21,961 bases of DNA from Desulfurococcaceae archaeon (GCA_038888155.1 JAWAJB010000011.1:1-21961); one strand, 5' to 3'. Positions 8,493-16,882 are shown, counted from the first letter of the stretch. Translations and numbers: made by a program. Notes: generated from the letters alone by a model not told the origin.

Positions 8493-9467
8493 TTACGTAC
8501 CACTAGGTTTCGAATCTTCGCTGAATAATTTACTAGTTATATCATTTGCTATTTCATCTAGCTTGCTCCTGAGATCCTCCAGGTTGCTCAGCTTGGCTAT
8601 AGTTGGTTGCTTAACAACTGATATTCCATCTTGTGTTTTGTTTATCTTGAAAAGTTCGATTACTATGTCTTCAAACCCCACTCTACCATATCCTCTCGAG
8701 CCAGAGGAGCCTAGATAGGTGTCCTCTACGAGCTTCAGGCCATTAGCGAATGTCTCCAGGTATTTCTTTAGGTGATTCCTATCTACATCGAATATAAGCA
8801 TTGTCACTGTACCTTCAAACTCCGCGCCGGGCTTTACTCTCGGGAAGGTTCTTGGTTCAGCGGCTGAGGTTATTCTGTCAATTCTGTTCTCTGATTTTTC
8901 CTCTAGGAAATCCGCTATGCTTTTGGCCTTAAGCTTCTCGACCGTTTCTTTTGATGGGTAGAAATCATCGAACAATAGCCTGGTGGGAGCTAGGTTTGAG
9001 AATAACTCTTTTAGTTTCTGCTCTGCATTATCGGTTTTACCTAGATGTTCCTTTATTTGTGAATAATTCGCGGCTGCCCATCCGAAAAGGTCATCTATTG
9101 GGCATCTCTCAACGACGTCACTGTAGAAGTCATTGCTGTTCATTAACTTTGTTCCCCTCACGTGTTGCCAGATTTTTTGGTCTTGGTCAGCAGTGTAGAG
9201 CTTTTTGCCATAGGCAATTTCCAGAAGAGACCTGATGCGGCCCTTGAGGCTTGAGCCCGGTATGTAGGGGACCTCGAGTTCTATTTCCTCGTTATTAATG
9301 AGGTATTTCCTGCTTGTTACGATGGGGTATTGGTCAGCTCCACCTATCTTAAAAGCTTGTGCTTGGGCTGGCATTCTTATCAACAGACCTGTTTTTGTAG
9401 TTATCTTCATTGTTATTTTTAAGTAGCCTTTTAATTCACGCTTGAAAGATAGAGAGCTTTGCACCAT
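8493..9467 (-). CDS. csm3: Type III-A backbone RNase Csm3 (Cas7 group), 324 aa
   Basis: TGLLI...IGGADQYP (catalytic Asp position retained), PYIPGSSLKGRIRSLLE, LFG, RLLFDD, EKSENRIDRIT.A.PR and YLGSSGSRGYG. Confidence 0.95.
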   Translation of the reverse strand: MVQSSLSFKRELKGYLKITMKITTKTGLLIRMPAQAQAFKIGGADQYPIVTSRKYLINNEEIELEVPYIPGSSLKGRIRSLLEIAYGKKLYTADQDQKIWQHVRGTKLMNSNDFYSDVVERCPIDDLFGWAAANYSQIKEHLGKTDNAEQKLKELFSNLAPTRLLFDDFYPSKETVEKLKAKSIADFLEEKSENRIDRITSAAEPRTFPRVKPGAEFEGTVTMLIFDVDRNHLKKYLETFANGLKLVEDTYLGSSGSRGYGRVGFEDIVIELFKINKTQDGISVVKQPTIAKLSNLEDLRSKLDEIANDITSKLFSEDSKPSGT

Positions 9468-9470
9468 GTT

Positions 9471-9950
9471 TCATCCCTCCTTTCCGTACTGGTAGACCAA
9501 AACCGCTAGGGCATCAAGTATCATTTTTCCATTTTTAGCCATTTCCCTACAATTATGTATATTGTCGCCTTGCTCTCTTGAAGCCTCCTGCATGCACCCT
9601 AGTACTTTGCTTAGGATTTGCTCGATGTACCGGGGAAGCTGTCCCACTAATAGCTCTCTTGCTTCTTGATATTTAACTAGAATTAGTGATTTCGTTAACG
9701 CTGTTATGGCTGAGGTAGGGTTTTTTCCCCTCTCAACCTCTTCGAGAGCAGATGATGCTATCTCGTGTACTCTACGATAAGAAGATTTAGTTGTCTTTTT
9801 TACGACTTTTTCTTTATCTCTTTTTCCAATAATAAGCTCTGCTTCTTCTTTGCTTTTCGCTAAAATATCCCTCACGAAATTGGATACATTCTCGACGTTT
9901 TTCAGGTCTATGTTAATAGTGTCTGGGTTACGAGTGGGAGGATGAGACAT
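9471..9950 (-). CDS. csm2: Type III-A small subunit Csm2 (Cas11), 159 aa
   Basis: Small helical protein with TTKSSYRRV, LVKYQEAR and C-terminal LDALAVLVYQYG, which are Csm2-like; immediately upstream of csm3; GAGGT RBS. Confidence 0.8.
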   Translation of the reverse strand: MSHPPTRNPDTINIDLKNVENVSNFVRDILAKSKEEAELIIGKRDKEKVVKKTTKSSYRRVHEIASSALEEVERGKNPTSAITALTKSLILVKYQEARELLVGQLPRYIEQILSKVLGCMQEASREQGDNIHNCREMAKNGKMILDALAVLVYQYGKEG

Positions 9951-10082
9951 TAAGAATGTACCTCTAACTATGATTGCTCGAACTTTTATTTAAAACATTA
10001 TGTTACTTAGAAAACATCATTCGATGTTTCGTGGTTACTATTTTTACTTTTAGCACTAAATATTTATTTAGGCTAATGGGCG
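9951..10082. promoter_or_regulatory. Divergent promoter region between the csm operon and the orphan ORF
   Basis: Minus-strand TTTTAAATAAAA (about 9984-9995) upstream of csm2; plus-strand TATTTATTTA (10061-10070); palindrome AAACATC-ATTC-GATGTTT (10012-10029). Confidence 0.6.
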
Positions 10083-10592
10083 TTGCCGATGGTCTTGATG
10101 CTCAGGGCTTCCATCGGCGTCATTGACAAGAGGGTTATGGGTAAGCCTAAAGAGGGCATGCTAACTTCGGCATGCCAGGTAGCCTGTTATATTTATAGGG
10201 ACAATAAGCTCGCTGAGGTTTGGCTTAAGTGCTCCTCAATCAATGATTTCTACTTATCTTTGGAGCAGCTTGTCTTGATAGGGATTGTTGTGGAGAAGGT
10301 AGGTTTTCTGAATGGCTTAATCTGTTCATTCAAGGGTCTTGAGCACATAGATGCTCTGACCGCGCTTCAGTCAGACCAGCTGGTCGGGGGCGAACTAATC
10401 CTGCGTTACTACCTTGAAGACAAGTTCTCACATCTATTCCAAAAGCTACATGAAGAGAAGCTCGTTGAGAAGGCATTGATTCACCCCACAAAAAAACTGG
10501 TAAAGATTAGGTTGCTCGGAGAGGCGAAGTCAAGCGTTTTCTTCGATAGCTGTGTAAGAATCCTGAAACCAATCAAGCTCCCACCAATCTAA
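10083..10592 (+). CDS. Hypothetical protein (about 164-169 aa), not recognisable as a known Cas family
   Basis: Only long ORF in the gap, with no competing ORF in the track; TATA-like box upstream; globular protein-like composition. Start could be TTG 10083, ATG 10089 or ATG 10098. Confidence 0.72.
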   Translation: MPMVLMLRASIGVIDKRVMGKPKEGMLTSACQVACYIYRDNKLAEVWLKCSSINDFYLSLEQLVLIGIVVEKVGFLNGLICSFKGLEHIDALTALQSDQLVGGELILRYYLEDKFSHLFQKLHEEKLVEKALIHPTKKLVKIRLLGEAKSSVFFDSCVRILKPIKLPPI

Positions 10593-10766
10593 CTCAACAC
10601 TTTATACGTGAGAAAGCATGTGTTAGGCGTAGTGAAACAAAGATTTACAATAACCAGCATCGATGCTCAACATATAATCACGCAATGTGTCCCTGGATGT
10701 TTAATTATTCCTTGTAACACAATTATCTAAATTTAACGCGTAACATAAAGATAATAAATATTGAGA

Positions 10767-11562
10767 CTTTCAATTCATTCTTTATTGATACAGGAAAAAA
10801 GGTCTGCAAGAGATGTGGAGAATAGAAACAGTCTTTCAATTCATTCTTTATTGATACTTAAGTTTTGCATAGGGGACGATCACAGGAGAATAACGCACTT
10901 TCAATTCATTCTTTATTGATACACGGATTAACGCTTGTTCTAGTATTGGGAAAAGAGTATCTTTCAATTCATTCTTTATTGATACAAGTGTAAATCCAGA
11001 GTTCGACAATTGCAGAGTTACGTATCTTTCAATTCATTCTTTATTGATACGTGTGGGAGTGTGGTGGGAGAAGGGAGAGAGAGGGCTTTCAATTCATTCT
11101 TTATTGATACAACAGCGAGAGTAACGCTTAAAGCCAAGTTGACGACGAGCTTTCAATTCATTCTTTATTGATACCCTTTTTAAGTCCTTGGTTCTAATTT
11201 TTAATGGCATTCCCTTTCAATTCATTCTTTATTGATACAACCAAAAATATAATGCTCCCGCCCCTTGGCTCTTCGCCATCTTTCAATTCATTCTTTATTG
11301 ATACTTTATTGATGTAGTGAATTTCTTTAAGACTCTTAAGGAAACTTTCAATTCATTCTTTATTGATACGAGCATGTAGTCCCCCGTTGGATGAACCGTG
11401 AAGACCCAGCTTTCAATTCATTCTTTATTGATACGCTCGTCCCTCAATATCTTCTTGAAGCTATTGCTCTTTGCTTTCAATTCATTCTTTATTGATACGA
11501 AGCCTGCTTTAACGAGTTTTTTTGCTAGTGGCTTTGGCTTTCAATTCATTCTTTATTGATAC
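10767..11562 (-). CRISPR. CRISPR array 2: 13 identical C-type repeats, 12 spacers (35-41 nt)
   Basis: Repeats at 10767, 10833, 10898, 10961, 11026, 11086, 11150, 11214, 11280, 11345, 11410, 11474 and 11538; leader at the right. Confidence 0.98.
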
Positions 11563-11713
11563 CGAGGTCTCATGGGATAGTTCCTCGGCTCCTTCCCCTA
11601 TTTTTTCTCTTCCTCTGCGTATTTAACTGTTGCGCTATTGAGGAGTGAAGGTTGGGCAGCACAGAATCATCGAGTCACTCCTCAAAGTATTAAAACTTTC
11701 TTTTGGTTTATTT
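11563..11713 (-). promoter_or_regulatory. CRISPR leader 2 (TATA-like 11620-11626; inverted repeat 11638-11648 / 11675-11685)
   Basis: 146/151 identical to 21493-21643 and homologous to leader 1. Confidence 0.9.
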
Positions 11714-11731
11714 CTTATTGGCTGGTTCATC

Positions 11732-12604
11732 ATGGGTTCTTTGACTATTGTTGATTTTGGGCTTAGGGCTGTTTCTGGCGGTGGTTTGCCTTGGTTTGTG
11801 GGTCATGAGTGTAGGGGTGCTTTTCTGGGCCTTGTTTCCGGGCTTGACTCCTCCTTGGCTCATGTTCTTCATGAGGGTGTTGATGGTAGAAGCGTTTTTT
11901 CTATTAAGCCTTTACTTTTCGTGTCCGGCTTCACAGTGGTTTTTCCTGATAAGAAGATGAGCAGGTTTCCCGTTGATGGGAACGTTGTTTTTGAGCCAGG
12001 AGCTAGGGCTGGGATAAGCGTTGTTTTGTTAAATGAGGAGCTTGCAGGGAGGCTTGTCCCCAAGCTGATCGGGTACCCGCAGCACCTTAAGCTGGTCGTC
12101 AAGAACTACGAGTTTATGGTGGAGAGCTTGCGCCTCTCGTTCATCAACCCAGCGAGCATCATGAGCACTGATGAATCTGTGGATGAGCTAGACGTGGAGT
12201 TTGTCACGCCCACGTACTTTAACCCGCTGAGAGGCGACATGAGCTACAAGGTTCTTTACCCGGACCCCACATTACTTTTCGCGTCACTCATATCGATAGC
12301 GCATCAACTAACCGGCGCTAGCTATCCAAAGCCCGAGGAATTAGCTAGTCATGTCTACGTGAGCGGGCTTGACATAAAAACACCGTATGTAAGGGAAGTC
12401 ACCAAGGAAGCGCCTACAGGCTTCGTTGGCTGGGCCAAGATAAGGTTCAGAAAGACAACTCCGCTTGAAACAAGAAAGCTCGTGCTGGGATTACTAAAAC
12501 TAGGCGAAATAACAAACGTAGGGGGGAACAGAAGTGGGGGATACGGAGTAATAAAACTGAAAACCCAAAAAGAAAAACAAGAAAAACAAAGCACACAGAG
12601 CTGA
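11732..12604 (+). CDS. cas6: Cas6 crRNA-processing endoribonuclease, about 290 aa
   Basis: RGAFL, LAHVLHE...FSIKPL, FVTPTYF, LYPDPTLLF.SL, GFVGW and the terminal G-rich loop GEITNVGGNRSGGYG. Start moved to ATG 11732 because the track's 11645 start lies inside the leader. Confidence 0.93.
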   Translation: MGSLTIVDFGLRAVSGGGLPWFVGHECRGAFLGLVSGLDSSLAHVLHEGVDGRSVFSIKPLLFVSGFTVVFPDKKMSRFPVDGNVVFEPGARAGISVVLLNEELAGRLVPKLIGYPQHLKLVVKNYEFMVESLRLSFINPASIMSTDESVDELDVEFVTPTYFNPLRGDMSYKVLYPDPTLLFASLISIAHQLTGASYPKPEELASHVYVSGLDIKTPYVREVTKEAPTGFVGWAKIRFRKTTPLETRKLVLGLLKLGEITNVGGNRSGGYGVIKLKTQKEKQEKQSTQS

Positions 12605-12620
12605 GCTGTTTTTTAATTGA

Positions 12621-13262
12621 TTAAGCTATTAAAGATGAAGCCTTTATCTTCGTTATCCTCAGCAATATTTTGCCTGTAAGTGTGAGCTCAAAGATCTTTT
12701 TATCCTCGTTCTTGTGCACCAAGCCTTTTTTCATTAAATTTTTAAGCAACCTGCTAGCCGTTGATTTACTTACTCCTAGCTTCCTTGATAGCTCGGTAAC
12801 TCTGCAAGGCAACGCTTCCAGCGCTTCTCTCTGTCTATCAGTCAGAACACTAGCAGGCATAGCTAGCGTCGGCATTTCGACTCTCTCCCCCAGAGTCTCG
12901 GTAGTCATGTAAACCTTTCTAACACCCGAGAAGCAAGCTGCTAAAAAAAGCGATAGAGAAATCCCCTTGGGTCCACCGGTAATATCAATTATAGGTTCAT
13001 CGCTATTTGAAATAATAATTGACAACTTAGCAACGTTGTTCTCTAGATCTGCTTCATTAAGCCTTAAAACCTCTATACCAATGCCCGGGTTTACGGCTCG
13101 AACGAAGTCAACTATACTCTTTATGGCATTCTCTGTTTTTGGATGGCTAACCGCTGAGGTCACCAAATATATCCTGTCATTTATGCTAAGCCCCTTTTCA
13201 CCGACAAGTCTAATTAAAGAGGACTGATCAAAACCCAGCGAAGCAATGAACGTTTTAGGCAA
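12621..13262 (-). CDS. csa3: Csa3 CARF-wHTH transcriptional regulator, 213 aa
   Basis: CARF motifs FIASLGFD...IR and IDITGGPK; C-terminal wHTH LTDRQ.EALE...ELSRKLGVSKSTASRLLKNLMKKGLV...FELTLTG; divergent from the I-A operon. Confidence 0.92.
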   Translation of the reverse strand: MPKTFIASLGFDQSSLIRLVGEKGLSINDRIYLVTSAVSHPKTENAIKSIVDFVRAVNPGIGIEVLRLNEADLENNVAKLSIIISNSDEPIIDITGGPKGISLSLFLAACFSGVRKVYMTTETLGERVEMPTLAMPASVLTDRQREALEALPCRVTELSRKLGVSKSTASRLLKNLMKKGLVHKNEDKKIFELTLTGKILLRITKIKASSLIA

Positions 13263-13412
13263 CGCAATCCCATATATATATGCAACTGCTTGTTTTATAT
13301 AGCTTAAGAAAACTGTAACGTGTTTCTGGGAAAAGCTAACTTAATCCTCAGTGTTCCGTGGTTATGAATAAATAATAGTTATTCTTTAAAAGTTTATTCC
13401 GGGTGTAAATCT
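13263..13412. promoter_or_regulatory. Divergent promoter region between csa3 and the type I-A operon
   Basis: Minus-strand TATATAAAA (13293-13301); plus-strand TTTAAAAG (13385-13392); GGGTG RBS-like sequence before 13413; motif shared with 10010-10037. Confidence 0.6.
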
Positions 13413-13973
13413 TTGTTGCAAGAAGAATCATTACATGAAGAAAAAGAGCTAGGTAAAGTTCTAGCTGTGCTCTACGTAGAGTTGGGGGATCCCTCTTACA
13501 TTGACAAGCTTGCACAATCCTCCTCAAAGGACCTAGTTCTTTTTAGAATAGGGGAAGCTCTGCGCGACTATCACTCCTTGGTTAACAAGGGATTTGAGAA
13601 TGAATCTGTCGCCGAGTTGGCAAGGAGCATAGATTTTCAAAGAGTAGAAAAATGCCTCAGTAAAATAAAAGCTATAGATAGCGTCAAGGAGCTACGCGAG
13701 ACCATCTCTCTTGCTACGTCCTATGCATTGGCTGAAGCAGCAAGGCTAAGGTCAAGGGAAGCATATCTTACTGCAAAAAGCGTTTTAACGTATCTAAGCC
13801 AAAAAGGATTGCTTAAGGACCATAAATCGGCTCAAGATATCAGAAAAATTGTGGAGGAAAACATCGATCAAGTCTCAAGAGAACTGATTATTCCTAAAGA
13901 AAGAATCCTTGATGTATTGAAAGATGAGAAATTGATTGAAAGGCTATTATCCAAAATGGAGGTGAAAGAGTGA
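13413..13973 (+). CDS. csa5: Type I-A small subunit Csa5 (Cas11) with C-terminal extension, 186 aa
   Basis: LAVLY....SYIDKLAQSSSKDLVLF.I.EALRDY.SL is Csa5-like; first gene before cas7. Confidence 0.82.
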   Translation: MLQEESLHEEKELGKVLAVLYVELGDPSYIDKLAQSSSKDLVLFRIGEALRDYHSLVNKGFENESVAELARSIDFQRVEKCLSKIKAIDSVKELRETISLATSYALAEAARLRSREAYLTAKSVLTYLSQKGLLKDHKSAQDIRKIVEENIDQVSRELIIPKERILDVLKDEKLIERLLSKMEVKE

Positions 13974-14998
13974 TGGTGTACGTCTCCGTCAGAGGCAGAA
14001 TATGGCTTCAGACAGAAGCAGCAAACATGGTTGAAAGCATAGGCAATTATGTTAAGCACCGGAAAGTCCCTGTACTAGTCAAAGAGAAGGATGCTTACAT
14101 TACGTTTTTCGTGCCAGCCATATCCGGTGAAAGCATAGCACATACTTATCAAGTTATCTTAGCGGAAGAACTGAAGAAGAAGAAAAGCAAGGTATGCAAG
14201 TACTGCGAAAAAGGCATTTTCCTAAAGAGTACAAACGCGGAAATCTATAAAGAAGTAACCGGGAAAGAGCCCCCTAAGTCATCTACATCAAAAGAAAACA
14301 AACAGGATGACCTTTCTCGAATAGAGGAGATAGAAAGATCCATAATAGAGAGCTGCGGCGTAGAGGACATAGGTGGTTTCCTCTTTGCGGAGAAGGGGGT
14401 AAACGTAAAAAGGACGTCCAGCTTCCAAACCGGTTATATGATACCAGTCAGAGAAGTCTTGGGAGCAGTTAACATAGAACCACAGCTCCACAGCAGATAC
14501 GCCCTAGGAACAAAATTCGTGAGCGTGACCACAGGAGCAGCGGGCCAAATGATATATTACGTCGAAGTCTCCTCAGCCCTATTCAGCTTCGCCTTCGACC
14601 TTGATACAAAGTACATCGGCAAGTACACATTCCATGTTGAAAAATATGGCGAAAATGTAATTAAAAGCGAAGAAATTGTGAAAAGAGCTGAATCAGCGTT
14701 AGAAGCACTAAAGAGACTTCTGCTTGACTTCCCTGTAGGAGCTAAGAGAACAAGGTTTAACCCCTCCGACCTGAGATGGGAGTCCATAGGCATCGCTGTT
14801 TCAGATGATGTATGGACCATGCCTTCAAGCTTCACCAAGGATTACCTTGAGAGAGCTTACGCGAAAAAGAATAAGGTGAGCTATAACACGGTGATTCATG
14901 CTTACTCTGAAGATAAGTGTGTTGCTGATAAATGCTATGGAACACCAGAAGAAGCAATACTTGGTTCCGTGGCTGATGCTGAAGGGAGAATTAAATGA
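13970..14998 (+). CDS. cas7: Type I-A Cas7/Csa2, about 342 aa
   Basis: EAANMVESIGNYVKHRKVP, VPAISGESIAHTYQ, CKYC, EDIGGFL, VKRTS, QLHSRY, QMIYYVE.SS and GAKRTRFNP; GGAGGTGA RBS (start GTG 13970 or ATG 13973). Confidence 0.96.
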   Translation: MMVYVSVRGRIWLQTEAANMVESIGNYVKHRKVPVLVKEKDAYITFFVPAISGESIAHTYQVILAEELKKKKSKVCKYCEKGIFLKSTNAEIYKEVTGKEPPKSSTSKENKQDDLSRIEEIERSIIESCGVEDIGGFLFAEKGVNVKRTSSFQTGYMIPVREVLGAVNIEPQLHSRYALGTKFVSVTTGAAGQMIYYVEVSSALFSFAFDLDTKYIGKYTFHVEKYGENVIKSEEIVKRAESALEALKRLLLDFPVGAKRTRFNPSDLRWESIGIAVSDDVWTMPSSFTKDYLERAYAKKNKVSYNTVIHAYSEDKCVADKCYGTPEEAILGSVADAEGRIK

Positions 14999-15783
14999 AG
15001 GGATTTATCTTTGACTTAGAGTTCATGTGGGGATTTCAAGCAAGAGTAGTAGGCATGTCTAAGACCTCCCCATCCTTTCCTGTCCCTCCCCCGACAACCG
15101 TGTTGGGGGCTATTGCTGAAGCTTACGCGAGGAGGAAAGGCTTTAGCGAGGGCAGGGCATCAACGCTTAACGAGCTTGCGAGGGAGATTTTAGCTCTAGG
15201 TTATAAACCGCTGAATGCGATTACTCTACAGTTCCAGGACGTGAACAGGATTGTGAGTGTTAGGACTGCGGGTGAAGTAAGGTATCCTTCCGTGAAGGAC
15301 CCCTACGGGTCTTTCGACGCACCTGCTAGAGGCAAAACCGTGACTTCCTCGCTCAACGAAAAACCTCCTACAATGAGGGTCTTCGCAGTAGTCAAGGACA
15401 CGCTAGACATCACCTCAGACGACATATGGAGAGTTAAGAGGCTTGGAAGCAAGGAGAGCATGGTATCTGTCGTGGAGGTCATCGAAGGTGTTCCAGAAGT
15501 CATATGTGAAGGTGAAGTGGAAACGGACTACTCATTGCTCCTCACGCCGGAGTTGGAGAGCAGTATTATTGATAGAGAAGGCAACTTTATTGAGTTAGAA
15601 TTCGTCCCAATAACTAGCCTAGTTTCAGGAGACTCCCCTGCTAGGCTATACTTGAATTATAAGGTAGTTAGGCACTTAATTCCAGTACCTCTTGTAAGGA
15701 GGGGTCGACTTATAGTTAAGTTGCCTCCTGGCTACGCAGGCTATAAGATAAATAATGAGGTGGTGATAGGCCTTAGTGAGTGA
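14995..15783 (+). CDS. cas5: Type I-A Cas5, 262 aa
   Basis: WGFQARVVGMSKTSPSFPVPPPTTVLGAIAE, FDAPARG and RLGSKES.VSV; ATGA overlap with cas7. Confidence 0.95.
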   Translation: MKGFIFDLEFMWGFQARVVGMSKTSPSFPVPPPTTVLGAIAEAYARRKGFSEGRASTLNELAREILALGYKPLNAITLQFQDVNRIVSVRTAGEVRYPSVKDPYGSFDAPARGKTVTSSLNEKPPTMRVFAVVKDTLDITSDDIWRVKRLGSKESMVSVVEVIEGVPEVICEGEVETDYSLLLTPELESSIIDREGNFIELEFVPITSLVSGDSPARLYLNYKVVRHLIPVPLVRRGRLIVKLPPGYAGYKINNEVVIGLSE

Positions 15784-16882
15784 TGACACTCCGTTATTGG
15801 AAATACAAACACCTCCTGACGGGACGTTGCTATCATCCATGCTCTACGAGGGGTTGCTTAGAATTAAAAGTAAATGCATGACGCAACTCACTAAGGAATG
15901 CTTAAAAAGTGGCTTGCTCGAGATTCTGGGAGATAAGAATATTGACTTCCGATTCACAGGCAATGACGTGAGGTACGTCAAGTTTAAAAGATTAGATAGC
16001 GACTTCATAGAGTTTCTATTCAAAAACATTGAAATGCTTGATTTAAGGATCAGAGTAGAGTTGGTCCGTGAGAAAAGCGAGATGAAGGTAAGGGTTAGTA
16101 GCCCCTCATTTTCCAGAGCACAAAAAGAGTACTCGTTTCAGATAATGAAGGTTGATAGGTATAAGGGAATATCCAGCATAGAATTACAAACAATAGATGA
16201 GGAGATCACGACTTATGCTGACATGAATGGATTACTTATGTTCTTTTACGGTCTCACGTCATCTTATGTCACAACTGTCAGGACTGAGGGTAATATCGAT
16301 CATTACTTCTTATTCTTCGATATAGAGACTCTGCTGAAGGATGTGTTGAGAGGGAACCCGACTAGTTGGCTGGATATTAAAGACCATGTAGTTTTAGCTA
16401 TTAGGGACGTGATCAGGAGGTTTGGCGAGTTTAATGATGAAGCAATAACTCTGGTAGTCTTACTTAACACTTATGTCTTGGAATCTCTAAAGAAACTAAA
16501 TGTTCAGAATGTCGGCTTCAGATTAGTCAAAGTGCGAGGGGAGGGCTGGACATATAAGGTTTACGTTGACATGCCTATAGGCGTTTACATCAAGCAGAAA
16601 CTGTATGAGGATATGGAGTTGGTTAATGAACTTAACAAAGTTCTCAGCGTCTTACTCGAGCCTGCAGGCAGATTTGTTAAAGGAAGGGATAAATATGGCG
16701 ACGGTTACCACGCTTTTAAGGCAATTAGGTACTTGTACAACTACATAGCTTCCGGAAGCCCCACATACTTATTCAACATGTATAGGGAGGTTCTTGAGGC
16801 CTATAATTCAGCTAATTGTAATCGAGCCCCTTATGCCGAGGAGTACTTAAGATGCTTTTTGCGGAGCCATATAAAAAGGTAG
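15776..16882 (+). CDS. cas8a: Type I-A large subunit Cas8a (Cas8a2/Csa4-like), 368 aa
   Basis: Position between cas5 and cas3'; motifs TPP, FTGND, FQIMKVDRY.G, GLTSSYVT, YFLFF and EG.TYKVY. Call rests partly on synteny. Confidence 0.8.
   Translation: MSDDTPLLEIQTPPDGTLLSSMLYEGLLRIKSKCMTQLTKECLKSGLLEILGDKNIDFRFTGNDVRYVKFKRLDSDFIEFLFKNIEMLDLRIRVELVREKSEMKVRVSSPSFSRAQKEYSFQIMKVDRYKGISSIELQTIDEEITTYADMNGLLMFFYGLTSSYVTTVRTEGNIDHYFLFFDIETLLKDVLRGNPTSWLDIKDHVVLAIRDVIRRFGEFNDEAITLVVLLNTYVLESLKKLNVQNVGFRLVKVRGEGWTYKVYVDMPIGVYIKQKLYEDMELVNELNKVLSVLLEPAGRFVKGRDKYGDGYHAFKAIRYLYNYIASGSPTYLFNMYREVLEAYNSANCNRAPYAEEYLRCFLRSHIKR

Noticed and set aside
10656-10667. Perfect 12-bp palindrome AGCATCGATGCT (also CATATATATATG at 13271-13282)
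   Set aside because: Isolated and not repeated elsewhere; a few such palindromes are expected by chance in 22 kb.
11645-11731. Hydrophobic N-terminal extension on Cas6
   Set aside because: Lies mostly in the duplicated leader; the same DNA at leader 3 does not feed a comparable gene.
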